A model generated the notes under the pieces. That model saw only the letters and a list, made by a program, of their open reading frames with translations. It did no database searches and was not told the origin of the DNA. Position numbers and translations under genes: made by a program. This document shows positions 31,743-41,514 of a stretch of DNA of 64,000 bases, piece after piece. Source of the stretch: a virus; the IMG/VR virus record IMGVR_UViG_3300011443_000001. One strand, given 5' to 3'. The stretch's first letter is position 1. The number at the start of each line of letters is the position of its first letter.

Positions 31743-33023
31743 TTAGGAGTCGCAGACTCCCAAAGAGGCAAACGCGTCGCTTCCAGAGAAGCTGGAGCTG
31801 TCCGGAACCACGCAGTCGGGCAGACCGAGGTCAGCCGTGCAGCGCCGGTAAAGGATGGGGATGACGTGCTGCGGGCGAATCGGCTGATACGCACGAGTAA
31901 TCTGATACTTGTGCCAACCGAAGTCACCGAACTGATTGCAGTCGTTGTCCACGATGTAGTGCCACTCGAGTTCGCCCATGTGCAACTGGGGCGCGAACTT
32001 GAAGGTCCCTTCGCCAACATACTTCTCAGGCACGAGCCGGTTGAAGGTGTTGTCGAACATGAGGAACCCGACTTCGTAATCCGCAGCCAACCACGCAGGG
32101 TTGATTTTGGCGAAGGCCGTGTTCTTCGTGAGGTTCGGGACATTCACGACGGGGTCAACCAGAATGAGGTTACCGTCGGCGTCAAAACCAGTCGCGCGGA
32201 GCGGACGTTGGTCCACACCGAAAGACAGACCGCGGTAAGCGGGCGCCTCTTCGAACTGATACGCACTGACGGCTTCCTTGCCGAGCATGTAGCTACCGCA
32301 AGTGAGCCCGATGAGAATTTCCTTCACGCCGATTTCATTCCGGAAACTCTCGATGATGTCGGAGCTGCCGATGAAGCGAGCGTGGGGCATGCCCTTACCA
32401 CCGCTGTCGAACATGGAGGCGAACAACGCTTCCTTGACGAAACGGGTGACGTAGTGCAGCGCCTTAAAGCTCAGCGGCCCGGTGGGCAGCAAAGGAGCGA
32501 ACTGGACGCCGAGGTCGGTTTCGGTTCCGCCGGTGAACAGAGAATCGAAATCATAGCCGGCGACAGCGTTGAACTTCGACGCACTGCGCAGATACAACTG
32601 CGCGCGAATATCCGAATTCACGTATTGCGTAATCAGCTTCCGCAGGGAATCCTCCGCAGACAGGTAGCTAGATTTGAAGGCCGCATAGCCTTTCTTCACG
32701 CACACGCGAGGACCGCGGCCACGTTTCGTTTCGAGACGAGCGGTGAAGTCAATCGCATCGGTGAGGTCCTGGATGCCGTTGGTTCCGCAAACTTCAGTGT
32801 CGCACTGAAAAGTGGGGAGGGCCAGCGAGTCGCCGGGGGCGGCTTGCATCTGGACGGGGAAACGGATTTCATCCGACACGCCGGACGGGAACACCCCGCC
32901 GCCGATTACGTTGATGAAAACCGAGTTTGCAGCCAAAGTCTTGGCTACGGTGCCCACCAATCGCGAAACGTCCTTCTGGGCAATTTCGCTTATGGTATCT
33001 GGGCTGTTACAATCTGCACTCAA
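31743..33023 (-). CDS. Major capsid protein (probable)
   Basis: 426 aa from TTG at 33023 preceded by aagga; own promoter-like motif upstream and hairpin downstream; position between scaffold and tail genes. Confidence 0.7.
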   Translation of the reverse strand: MSADCNSPDTISEIAQKDVSRLVGTVAKTLAANSVFINVIGGGVFPSGVSDEIRFPVQMQAAPGDSLALPTFQCDTEVCGTNGIQDLTDAIDFTARLETKRGRGPRVCVKKGYAAFKSSYLSAEDSLRKLITQYVNSDIRAQLYLRSASKFNAVAGYDFDSLFTGGTETDLGVQFAPLLPTGPLSFKALHYVTRFVKEALFASMFDSGGKGMPHARFIGSSDIIESFRNEIGVKEILIGLTCGSYMLGKEAVSAYQFEEAPAYRGLSFGVDQRPLRATGFDADGNLILVDPVVNVPNLTKNTAFAKINPAWLAADYEVGFLMFDNTFNRLVPEKYVGEGTFKFAPQLHMGELEWHYIVDNDCNQFGDFGWHKYQITRAYQPIRPQHVIPILYRRCTADLGLPDCVVPDSSSFSGSDAFASLGVCDS

Positions 33024-33186
33024 GGTATTTTTCCTTGGTTGTGTCTGAGGAATTTTCCCCAGACGGGTTAACGATGTCACGCAGTAGGGCGTAACTGCCT
33101 CTCGCTCCAGAGCCACCGAAGCGTCTTAGGCTCGTTCCCGTTCGACCAAGGCGGGCAGATTGCTTTTAAGGTCTGTGCAGGGAAGA

Positions 33187-33212
33187 AGTGTGTGAAAATC
33201 CTAAATTGTCAA
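33187..33212 (-). promoter_or_regulatory. Short-spacer motif TTGACA-N14-CACACT-TCTT
   Basis: Upstream of capsid gene. Confidence 0.7.
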
Positions 33213-33692
33213 GGAAGCGTTTCTATGCCGGCGGACATACGCCGCGCCCGCCTCTAGCCGGCTGGGGTCTTCTTCAAAATGCCCAATTCCCGCATTACAA
33301 CAATGACATAACAACTCGCGAACTTTTCCCGTAACATGGTTATGGTCAACGTGTAACCTACGAAATTTTATGATGGAAGAAGCCGGGTCGGGAGGATGCC
33401 CGCAAATTGCACACTTTCCGCCCTGGGCCATCACCATCTGCTCATATTGTTCCACCGTAAGGCCATAGGTCTGCTTAAGGTGGCTCTTAAAATTAAGATG
33501 TTCCGTTCGACCAGGATTATTTTCCTTCCACATTTTGCTGGAACGCGCGACCTTTTCAGGGTTTTTAACTCTGTATTGACGGGAATATTCAGCCTGACAC
33601 TTCTTGCAATTATACCGGCGTCCGTCCGGCGCGAGTCCAAACGAATACTCCGACAAGGGCTTGCATTGCCCGCACTGAGAACAAGTCTTCAC
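33201..33692 (-). CDS. Endonuclease VII-type (HNH) homing endonuclease
   Basis: CSQC/CKKC Zn motifs; YGLTVEQYEQM..AQGGKCAIC...LHVDHNH.TGKVRELLCHCCNAGIG. Confidence 0.9.
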   Translation of the reverse strand: MKTCSQCGQCKPLSEYSFGLAPDGRRYNCKKCQAEYSRQYRVKNPEKVARSSKMWKENNPGRTEHLNFKSHLKQTYGLTVEQYEQMVMAQGGKCAICGHPPDPASSIIKFRRLHVDHNHVTGKVRELLCHCCNAGIGHFEEDPSRLEAGAAYVRRHRNASLTI

Positions 33693-33701
33693 ACCCTTCC
33701 C

Positions 33702-33727
33702 AGTGTGACCTATTTCGCCAATGTCAA
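33702..33727 (-). promoter_or_regulatory. Short-spacer motif TTGACA-N14-CACACT-GGGAA
   Basis: Upstream of endonuclease VII gene. Confidence 0.7.
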
Positions 33728-34648
33728 GCGCTGAAGAAATCCGTTGTAGGTCAACCGCAACCCCCCTTCAAAACTCACCTTCGGGGTCCACCCGAGCGCA
33801 CGGATGGCCGAATTGTCCAAAATCTTGCGCGGGACGCCCGTGGGCTTGCTCGAGTCAAAGTGCAGCCACCCTTCCCAGCCCACCACCTGAGCCACCGCTT
33901 CGGCAATCTCCTTGATGGTCCACTCGTCGCTGCTCCCCGCGTTAATCACCTCGCGCCCGTCATACGCCTGCATCAAAACCAGAAGCGCGCGGGCCAAATC
34001 ATCCGCGTAGAGTAGTTCCCGCTGCGCGGTTCCGTCGCCCCAGACATCAAATTCCCGCATCCCGAGCTGCTTGGCTTGGTGCAGCCGAGTCAAAAGCCCC
34101 GGGACAACGTGCGACCGAACGGAGTCGAACCGGTCGCCCGGCCCATAAAGGTTGCATGGCATCGCCGCAATGAAGTTACAGCCCTTCTCATCCCGAAGGT
34201 ATTGGCAAAGTCGAATGCCGGCCACCTTGGCGATGCCGTATGCCTCAGTCGTGGGCTCGAACGGCCCCGTCAGCAACGACTGGGGCTTGATGGGCTGGGC
34301 CGAGTCGCGCGGGTAGATGCAGGACGACCCGAGAAACAAAAGCTTCTTCACGCCATACTCCGCCGCGTTCAAAATCACGTTGCTCTGGATGGCGAGGTTC
34401 TTCGTGATGAAGTCCACGCGTTGTGTGTCATTCGCCAGGATTCCCCCGACGTGCGCCGCGCACAGGAAAACATACTCGAAGTGGTGGACCGAAAAAAACC
34501 ACTTCACGAACGTTGGGTCCGTCAGGTCGCCTTCCTGGTGCGTAACCGTCACGATGTTGGTGTAGCCTCGCGCTCGAAGTAGCCGCAGCACCGCGTCTCC
34601 CACGAGCCCGCGATGTCCGGCCACATAAATCCTGGAATCTTTGTTCAT
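33710..34648 (-). CDS. fcl: GDP-L-fucose synthase
   Basis: IYVAGHRGLVG, LCAAHVGGILAN, LGSSCIYP, YGIAK, MPCNLYGPGD, KPTGVPRK motifs. Confidence 0.95.
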   Translation of the reverse strand: MNKDSRIYVAGHRGLVGDAVLRLLRARGYTNIVTVTHQEGDLTDPTFVKWFFSVHHFEYVFLCAAHVGGILANDTQRVDFITKNLAIQSNVILNAAEYGVKKLLFLGSSCIYPRDSAQPIKPQSLLTGPFEPTTEAYGIAKVAGIRLCQYLRDEKGCNFIAAMPCNLYGPGDRFDSVRSHVVPGLLTRLHQAKQLGMREFDVWGDGTAQRELLYADDLARALLVLMQAYDGREVINAGSSDEWTIKEIAEAVAQVVGWEGWLHFDSSKPTGVPRKILDNSAIRALGWTPKVSFEGGLRLTYNGFLQRLTLAK

Positions 34649-35361
34649 ACGTGTCTGTTCGTGTATTGCTTGCGCGCGAATTGCAACTGCCGCCGGACGG
34701 GACCGCTCTTGACCGAGTGGACAAAAATCTTGCCGTGTCGCCAGACCATGTCCGTCATAACACGAAGGCCGTGCGGACTGCGGGTGCAGCAACTCATTCC
34801 ATCCCGAAAGTTGTTGTGCGGTATGTTGCCCTTCACCGCCACCGCCATGAAGAACCAGTCGATGAATGGAGTTTGGATTCCCTCTATTTCCACCGCGGGC
34901 GCCGCCGCAATCAACTTCTCCAGGATGTTCCGAGACAGAAAATACGGCGGCTGGAACGCGAGGCGGGGCAGCGGGTATTCCACCGGCCGCTTGTGACACA
35001 GGTCGGACACCTCGTTGCTCCACAGCACGTCTTCCTTATACAGATACTCCGGCAGCTTCGGGGACAAGCAAAAACTGTCCGAATCATTGCACAGGAAATG
35101 GGTGGCATTGAAGTCCAGCAAAAGCTTCCACTGCGCGAGCTGGCGACGCAGGCTATCCGCACCGATATACTGGCGCTTGCCGGCGAACCGGCAGATATGC
35201 GGACCCGCGCTTTCGATGCGAGAGTCGTCAGGCGTAACGATGACGATGGGCAGGTTGTGATGCTCGTAACATGGCATCAGCGCTTTGATTTGATGCGCGT
35301 CTCCCGCGTATCCATGAACAGACACGATGGTCTTCATGCTTTGTTGTATCTCGTCGGGCAT
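34645..35361 (-). CDS. Putative GT-A glycosyltransferase
   Basis: NDSDS (DxD) after beta strand; FQPPY; glycan-cluster context. Confidence 0.55.
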   Translation of the reverse strand: MPDEIQQSMKTIVSVHGYAGDAHQIKALMPCYEHHNLPIVIVTPDDSRIESAGPHICRFAGKRQYIGADSLRRQLAQWKLLLDFNATHFLCNDSDSFCLSPKLPEYLYKEDVLWSNEVSDLCHKRPVEYPLPRLAFQPPYFLSRNILEKLIAAAPAVEIEGIQTPFIDWFFMAVAVKGNIPHNNFRDGMSCCTRSPHGLRVMTDMVWRHGKIFVHSVKSGPVRRQLQFARKQYTNRHV

Positions 35362-35897
35362 GTCTGCGTCCTCCGCACCAGGGGGAACTCCCGCAGTGCT
35401 TTTTGAATCTTTGCCACGTCCACGTTTTGTGTCCGGGTCACAAATTGAATCACGCTGGTGACCGTTGAGAGCGGACGCTCCATCAGGTCTTCATACCAGA
35501 CGACTAACCGGTGCGGGATTGGGGCAAGCACCCATTTCTTAACGAAGCCGGCCCAAAAATCAACTCGGTTCTCCTGGGTGTCCGTCGTCTCCCCAACTAG
35601 GCGACGGTCCAGCTTGTCCCACGACTCGATTGACTCGAGCGGATTGCGCACCTGCACGATATAATTTCGCTCCGGCAAGACAGGAGTGACCAGCCCAAAG
35701 TCGTGGTTCTTCTGCCAATTTGTGGGCGTAGTCGGGCCTATGACCAGCGGGCAATCCCGATACAGTTCACAGTAATAGAAATTGTCGCCGAAGTAAGCGC
35801 TCAACACCTGAGTGAGCGCGTGGTGCCCAGACCGAGGATAAGTAATGCACTCGGTTGGAATCAGGGTTCTCGGAATGTTTTCGCAATCGGTGCTCAT
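35334..35897 (-). CDS. Sulfotransferase-family protein
   Basis: TYPRSGH (5'-PSB loop), VRNPLESIES (3'-PB), VVWYEDL. Confidence 0.8.
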   Translation of the reverse strand: MSTDCENIPRTLIPTECITYPRSGHHALTQVLSAYFGDNFYYCELYRDCPLVIGPTTPTNWQKNHDFGLVTPVLPERNYIVQVRNPLESIESWDKLDRRLVGETTDTQENRVDFWAGFVKKWVLAPIPHRLVVWYEDLMERPLSTVTSVIQFVTRTQNVDVAKIQKALREFPLVRRTQTCPTRYNKA

Positions 35898-36643
35898 AAC
35901 CAGCGTTTCCTAACCAAATCAAACACGTCGTCGTTTTTGCAGCCGTGCAGATAAACCACTCCCTTGTCGAGAAGGGAGTTGTATTGTTGCTCTGACACCT
36001 GGGGGCATCTCCACCAGGATTCCATCTGCGGAGCATTGGCCCATCCCATCCGCTTGAAATACGGCGCCAGAATCCAATCCCACCCCGCGCGCGGGGTGCA
36101 GCCCCCAAGCTTTCGGGTAAACCAATGCAAGAAAATCTTGTCCCCGGACATCAAACAATTGCCGTTGATGTGCTGGTGACCTGCGTCCTTTATGCCCGTC
36201 GGCAATAGCGGCCCAAACACTCGCACCGGCTTAACTTTGTTCGCCGCGTCCCAGGCTCGCGACAACTCTTCTATCCAGCCCTTACGAAGAGGCGCACCAT
36301 CCGCCTCCAAAAGCGCGACAGCCTTGTAAGGGGGGATTCGCTTGGCCTCGCTGTAAGAGTAAACGTAGTCGAGCGTGCCAAACGCGATGTCGTTGCATCC
36401 AGCGGGCCACCCGACGCCGCGACGGTTTCGGTTGATGTGAGTGTGAACCTTGAATTTTCGGGAGACATACTCAATCGTAGGAATGTCATGAGTGCAATCG
36501 AACCGCGCCGAGAAAAGCACGTCGGCAGACTCCGACATATGCGGCTCGAGGTCCGCGACGAGTCGGGCGAGCTTGCACATCTGCGCCTTATCGCGCTCCC
36601 AAAACACAAAAGCCAGCAGTAGCTTACTTGGTTGGTTCGCCAT
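35894..36643 (-). CDS. Putative GT-A glycosyltransferase
   Basis: ALLEADG (ExD), HINGN, HGCK; cluster context. Confidence 0.6.
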   Translation of the reverse strand: MANQPSKLLLAFVFWERDKAQMCKLARLVADLEPHMSESADVLFSARFDCTHDIPTIEYVSRKFKVHTHINRNRRGVGWPAGCNDIAFGTLDYVYSYSEAKRIPPYKAVALLEADGAPLRKGWIEELSRAWDAANKVKPVRVFGPLLPTGIKDAGHQHINGNCLMSGDKIFLHWFTRKLGGCTPRAGWDWILAPYFKRMGWANAPQMESWWRCPQVSEQQYNSLLDKGVVYLHGCKNDDVFDLVRKRWL

Positions 36644-37427
36644 AGCAATAGCTTCCAATGTGACCGCACAGGCAGCCCATGTCCACATGCGGATGGTGCC
36701 CGGCCTGGGTCGCGCGAATGCAGAACTGAACGTCCTCACCCATGCCCATGCTCGAGTGCCGCTTCGTAACTTGAAGTGCATACTTCAGCAACTTCACAGC
36801 CTTCGCCTCATCGTGTTCTTCATCAAGTGCCCGGATTGCGGCTCCCGCCGCTAGCCGCAGGTCGTGTTCCGAGCTAGTGAACCACTGACCACCTTTTCCG
36901 TCCGACCCGCGCGCGAGGTGCGGAAATTTCTTTTCGATGTCGAGGAAAACATTTCGATGAATCAACATGCACCCGGTCCCAACCCACCGGGTAGGCTTGC
37001 AGGTGTCGTGCGGACCGCGCTTGGCAAACTTCAACTCTTGCGGGTCCGAACCCTCTCCATACATTCCCTTGCCGTTGCGCCAACGTCCGAAATACAACCC
37101 ACCAACCAGAGTTTTATTATGGGAAAGAAGGCGGTCAACAGCATTAAGTCCGGCGAAATGCTCAGACAGGTTGAAACCAGTAAACGAGTTAAAAAGCGGC
37201 GCATTGCCGAAGGGGACGACCATGTCGTCGTCGATTGTCAAACACCACTCGATTCCCGTGCGCAAAAATTCATCGGCCAGCTTGTTTCGAGAATGCACGA
37301 TAAACGCATCCCCGAAGTCCAGCATCGCCGCCGTCTTGGTCCGGTCGATTAGCGACATGACGCTGAAAGCCATCCGCGGCTCCATCGTCTTGTAAGACGG
37401 CAAACAAATGCAGACCTGTCGGGTCAC
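36624..37427 (-). CDS. GT2-like glycosyltransferase
   Basis: IVHSRNKL, LTIDDDM, VGTGCMLIHR, MGEDVQFC motifs. Confidence 0.8.
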   Translation of the reverse strand: MTRQVCICLPSYKTMEPRMAFSVMSLIDRTKTAAMLDFGDAFIVHSRNKLADEFLRTGIEWCLTIDDDMVVPFGNAPLFNSFTGFNLSEHFAGLNAVDRLLSHNKTLVGGLYFGRWRNGKGMYGEGSDPQELKFAKRGPHDTCKPTRWVGTGCMLIHRNVFLDIEKKFPHLARGSDGKGGQWFTSSEHDLRLAAGAAIRALDEEHDEAKAVKLLKYALQVTKRHSSMGMGEDVQFCIRATQAGHHPHVDMGCLCGHIGSYCYGEPTK

Positions 37428-38731
37428 GAATTCTTCGCCTCCACTTCCGAGCGAATGCGGTCGAGCGCGTCGCTGGGACGCTCGTTGACAGTTCCGGCGC
37501 CCGGCGTGCTGACTTCTGAAGTCATAGCGGGGCTTTCGCGTAGACGATTGGTCGAGCCCTTCTTCACGCGCTCCAAAAGTTTGTTCGCCGCGTCCAGTTC
37601 GGTCCTGAGCTTTTCCACTTCCGACTTGTAGGACGAAACGGCGGACGAGTAGTCCACCCGCAGCTTCATCAACTGCGCCAGACCGACGGCCAGGAACGCC
37701 CGCATCTCGGGGCTGTCATCCTCCATCGCTTCCTTGATGGCCTCCTTCGTCTCCGTCAAAAATTTGTTGTGCTCGACGATGGACGCCTTCTCCGCATCCG
37801 TTGACTTGTCCGTGGGCTTTTTCTCCGCGAACCAATCCAGCTTCGGCAACATCGTGTCCAAGGTCTTGGACGCGTTACCACGAAACTCCTTCTTGGTTGT
37901 CTCCGTAGCCGCCGCGCGGTTTTGTAAAAATTCTTCGGAGTTTTTCTTCGCCGCAGCGACCGCGGCTTGCTTCTTCTCCTTCAGGTCCTCAAGCTGCGTC
38001 AGCTTCACCTCGATGAACCGGCGTGCCTGGGACGGAATCTTCTCCAGAATTGGGTCCCACTGCACCTTGAAAATGCCGCCCATCGACTTAATTTTTTCCA
38101 CGGTGGACTCGGCCACACCAACCGAAAGCAGCTTGCCATAAATGGACTCGGCCTGCGTGGTGGACTCAACGTCGTATTTTCGAAACTCCGGGTCCGCCTC
38201 CACATCCAGCTTGCGACGAAACTCGCGAAGCTCTTTCAACTCGGCCTCCACCTTCGGGTCCAACCGGCCAGATTTCTCCGACAGCTCCTTGTATTTCTTC
38301 TCCAGCTCGTCACGTTCCGACTGTAGCGCGGTGACCTTCTCCTTCGCCAACCGCTTCACGTTATCGAACGCTTCCGCGGCCTTCGGCTTCAGATTAGTCG
38401 GAGCCTGGATTGCATCAAACGGGTCAACCGCGCCGGACGAGCCAGTTGGTCCGGGGGAACCCGTGGGACCCGTCGCCGCCTCCAGACCAGAATCATCCGG
38501 GCCTTTCTCGCCGCGGACGCCGGACGGACCAGTCGCCCCGGTCGCAGTCTCCGTCCCTGCCGACAAAAATTTTCCATCCGGTCCGCGCGGCGACGACGAC
38601 TTCGGCGGGTCATCGGGCTGCTCGGACTGTTGCTTTAGCAACTCGTCGAGCGCGCTGGATGTCTCCGCGGAAATAGACGGCAGGTTTGCACTTAGGTCTG
38701 CGCCGGTCGCGTTAGGATTTGGATTGGGCAT
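37424..38731 (-). CDS. Putative capsid scaffolding protein
   Basis: Low-complexity N-terminus (with short GPT collagen), long coiled coil; between portal and capsid. Confidence 0.65.
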   Translation of the reverse strand: MPNPNPNATGADLSANLPSISAETSSALDELLKQQSEQPDDPPKSSSPRGPDGKFLSAGTETATGATGPSGVRGEKGPDDSGLEAATGPTGSPGPTGSSGAVDPFDAIQAPTNLKPKAAEAFDNVKRLAKEKVTALQSERDELEKKYKELSEKSGRLDPKVEAELKELREFRRKLDVEADPEFRKYDVESTTQAESIYGKLLSVGVAESTVEKIKSMGGIFKVQWDPILEKIPSQARRFIEVKLTQLEDLKEKKQAAVAAAKKNSEEFLQNRAAATETTKKEFRGNASKTLDTMLPKLDWFAEKKPTDKSTDAEKASIVEHNKFLTETKEAIKEAMEDDSPEMRAFLAVGLAQLMKLRVDYSSAVSSYKSEVEKLRTELDAANKLLERVKKGSTNRLRESPAMTSEVSTPGAGTVNERPSDALDRIRSEVEAKNS

Positions 38732-38734
38732 AGA

Positions 38735-39055
38735 TTAGGTTGTAGGTTTATCCTCATCGGGAGGAAGTTGAAGCTCTTTCGGCCACTGCTGATTATTGTC
38801 CAGGTCCGGATACCGATTCTCAGGCTCCGGCTGCGGGGGTTGATGCGTCTGCAAGTCCAGAAACGCCTGGACCGCCCGCTGGTATCCCTCGCGCAAAAGT
38901 GTGGACACCATCGTCGAGTGTGGCGTCGAATCGTTGAATGGCGGGAGCGCGTAGAGCGTCGCCGCCAATGCCGCCGACCCAGTAGGGGTAGCAATGAAAT
39001 CTTTAAGCAGCTTCGCGTTGGTGCTGTCCCACGCGACGGGTTCAGTTTGGTTCAT
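38735..39055 (-). CDS. Hypothetical protein
   Basis: Small gene between portal and scaffold. Confidence 0.6.
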   Translation of the reverse strand: MNQTEPVAWDSTNAKLLKDFIATPTGSAALAATLYALPPFNDSTPHSTMVSTLLREGYQRAVQAFLDLQTHQPPQPEPENRYPDLDNNQQWPKELQLPPDEDKPTT

Positions 39056-39073
39056 GGTCTGTAGGGGACCGTT

Positions 39074-41233
39074 TTATAAGGTCGGTGCGGGTGCCGTTTC
39101 GGGCGGAGGGGCTTCTGGCGCCGGCGGCGCACCTTCAATCGGTGCTCCGGTTTCGTCAAGCGGTCCGGGGGGCGCTCCCGCGTCGAGTTCCGCCTGTCGT
39201 TGTTCGGCCTTCGCTTGCTGCTCGGCTGCTTCCGCAAGTTTCGGCAACTGCGCGGCAAGTTTAGCAATGATATCGCTGAACGGCGCCATCTCATCTTTGG
39301 ACACGCCGACCTCAAGGCCAGCCTGCTCGTGCATCTTCGCGTGCTGCAAAATTGCCATCAACGTTTGCAGCGCATTTGGGTCCTGAACCGCCTGCTGCGC
39401 GGTAGACTCCAGTGCCGGCATCAAAACATTGAGATGGATGATGTGATTATCGCGAGGCGACACCGGAACATCCGCGCTCTGCGGAATAATAATCGAAGCC
39501 AGCTCCATCATCTGGGCACGCGTCTGCTCGGCCTCTTCCGTCGGGTCGTTGTCCGGCAACAGCACCGCATCCGCGAATTCCTCGTCCACGAGCGCAGTAA
39601 GTTTGCGCCGCTCAATTTCCTTCGCGTTGTAAAGGGGGTTCCCCCGGGCTTCGGTCGCGATGATAACGATTTGCTGCCGCTTAATCTCGGTGTAATCCTT
39701 CACCGTTTCCGCCGAGGGGGTGTTGGCAAGCTGGTCCAACTCTTCCCTCGTCATAATTTTCAGGAGACGCTCCTGCATCGCCTTCGCATCATCCTCGCTA
39801 GTGTTCGGGTCACACATGCGCTTCTGCATGGTCGTCACCGCCGCCGAAAACTGCGTCAGGAATCGCGAAATGATGTTGTCCTTGGTTTCTTCCTCACGCG
39901 ACGCGAGAAAATCCACCGCAGCTTTGGTCACACGCTCACCCTCCAGGGCCTTGGGGGTTGTGGCACCCGCCATCTGGTCCAGGAGGTTCGTCAAAAACTG
40001 GTCTAGCTGCACAAAGGGCTCCACCGCGGCGTCCAGCTTTCGCTCGAGCACGTTGTAGCCTTGCGCAATAAGAATCGCATTGCCGACGACGGACATTCGG
40101 AAGCGCTTGAGCACTTTTTCGTCCGCCTGGATGATAACTTTGCCGGAAAGATTGAGTCGGTCCACCACCTCGTTGCGCGAACGGTCGATAATGCCCGCAA
40201 TAGAGTAAAGCTCGCGACCAATTCCCTTCGAACCGTGAAGCGTGCCGTTGCCTTGCTGAAAACTGAAGAACGCGACGGCGTCCGCCATCGATTCATACTG
40301 GTCTTCGCTCGTGAACAGCTCCGTGAACGTCTTTTCTTCGAAAATGTAGTGAGAAACCTTGCCGTCAATCTCGGTGGCGAGCAAATGCCACACCACGACG
40401 ACCCGCGCGCCGCTTTCGTGCGACATCCCGAGGTTAGACTCACGAATCAGGTCCTCGTAAACGCGTTCCCAGGCTGAATACTGCGAGCGTCGGTCCTGCG
40501 GCATCGATGCGTTAATCATCATGACCGTATTTGCGAGATTCCAGCCGCGAGTTTTCGCCGACTCCTTATCCGAAATCAATTCGAACAGCTCATGAAGCAG
40601 AAAAACCTCCTTGAGCGCGACCACCTGGGCTTTTCCGGGAATCGGTTTCGTGCCCGTGGGCACGGCCATGAAGTCTTGACGGAAAAATTTCGGAAACCAA
40701 CTGAATTCATCGAGCCACGCGACCGACGCGAAGCCGAAAAGTGCGTTCTCCTGCGCCAAGTCGCCGAGAAAATCCCGCCAGCCGGCGCGGTTGCGCGCGA
40801 GCGCGGTCACTTCCCGCCGGAACGCCTCCGTTTTCACCGCGGCGCCCTCGATATCCTCCGGCAACGCCGAGTTGGTGATGTATTTCACGCCCTCGACGGC
40901 CTGAACAAACCGCGGAGCGACCTTCTCCACCAACATCGCGAGGACCTTGGTCGAAAAATTCGCCTTCCAACCCAGTCCCTCGTTCTCGAGCGAGTCGGTC
41001 CGGTGCGGTTTCTCCGAATTAACCTTCGCTTGGATGCGCGCGTTCTTGATGTTCCGCTCTCGCGACGCCGCCAGCAACACCAGGACGATGTTTTTGGCCT
41101 GATTCGCGTCCTTGATGGCCCGGTTCCCTGGCTTCAGGTTCTTGGACAGGGCGGGCGGAGAGACGGCCCCTTGGAAATCTTCCTGAGGTCCGCCGACCAT
41201 GATTGGTTCAGACCGTGATGGCGTAAGTGGCAT
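39074..41233 (-). CDS. Portal protein (probable)
   Basis: 719 aa helical protein downstream of TerL with Pro/Ala/Glu-rich tail as in podophage portals. Confidence 0.7.
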   Translation of the reverse strand: MPLTPSRSEPIMVGGPQEDFQGAVSPPALSKNLKPGNRAIKDANQAKNIVLVLLAASRERNIKNARIQAKVNSEKPHRTDSLENEGLGWKANFSTKVLAMLVEKVAPRFVQAVEGVKYITNSALPEDIEGAAVKTEAFRREVTALARNRAGWRDFLGDLAQENALFGFASVAWLDEFSWFPKFFRQDFMAVPTGTKPIPGKAQVVALKEVFLLHELFELISDKESAKTRGWNLANTVMMINASMPQDRRSQYSAWERVYEDLIRESNLGMSHESGARVVVVWHLLATEIDGKVSHYIFEEKTFTELFTSEDQYESMADAVAFFSFQQGNGTLHGSKGIGRELYSIAGIIDRSRNEVVDRLNLSGKVIIQADEKVLKRFRMSVVGNAILIAQGYNVLERKLDAAVEPFVQLDQFLTNLLDQMAGATTPKALEGERVTKAAVDFLASREEETKDNIISRFLTQFSAAVTTMQKRMCDPNTSEDDAKAMQERLLKIMTREELDQLANTPSAETVKDYTEIKRQQIVIIATEARGNPLYNAKEIERRKLTALVDEEFADAVLLPDNDPTEEAEQTRAQMMELASIIIPQSADVPVSPRDNHIIHLNVLMPALESTAQQAVQDPNALQTLMAILQHAKMHEQAGLEVGVSKDEMAPFSDIIAKLAAQLPKLAEAAEQQAKAEQRQAELDAGAPPGPLDETGAPIEGAPPAPEAPPPETAPAPTL

Positions 41234-41242
41234 CGTTTATTA

Positions 41243-41268
41243 AGTGCAGATTTTCAGACGTTTGTCAA
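41243..41268 (-). promoter_or_regulatory. Short-spacer motif TTGACA-N14-TGCACT
   Basis: Upstream of portal gene. Confidence 0.7.
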
Positions 41269-41514
41269 GGGCCAGCGGTTGTCCGGGCATTTCTCCGTAG
41301 ACAACTTCGCCTTCACCGCAACAAAACACCCACACAGGGCGCACTGCCGCCGCTTCGCCACGAAATTTGGGCACCGCTCACAAATACTGACCCGCTGGGC
41401 CGTAAGTTTTTCACCAACAAACACTTTGGAGCCTTGGGCGGCGGCGACTGTCACCCGGCGGACGGCGCCGGCAGCGTTTTTCACCGCCTTCGTGATTTTT
41501 TGCATGACGAACAA
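41254..41514 (-). CDS. Small Cys-rich protein (DUF6171-like)
   Basis: RVSICERC...QCALCGCFV..KAKL..EKCP...W. Confidence 0.7.
   Translation of the reverse strand: MFVMQKITKAVKNAAGAVRRVTVAAAQGSKVFVGEKLTAQRVSICERCPNFVAKRRQCALCGCFVAVKAKLSTEKCPDNRWPLTNV

Noticed and set aside
33023-33116. N-terminal 31-codon extension of the capsid ORF from 33116
   Set aside because: TTG at 33023 has an aagga site and gives a more typical start; true start needs proteomics
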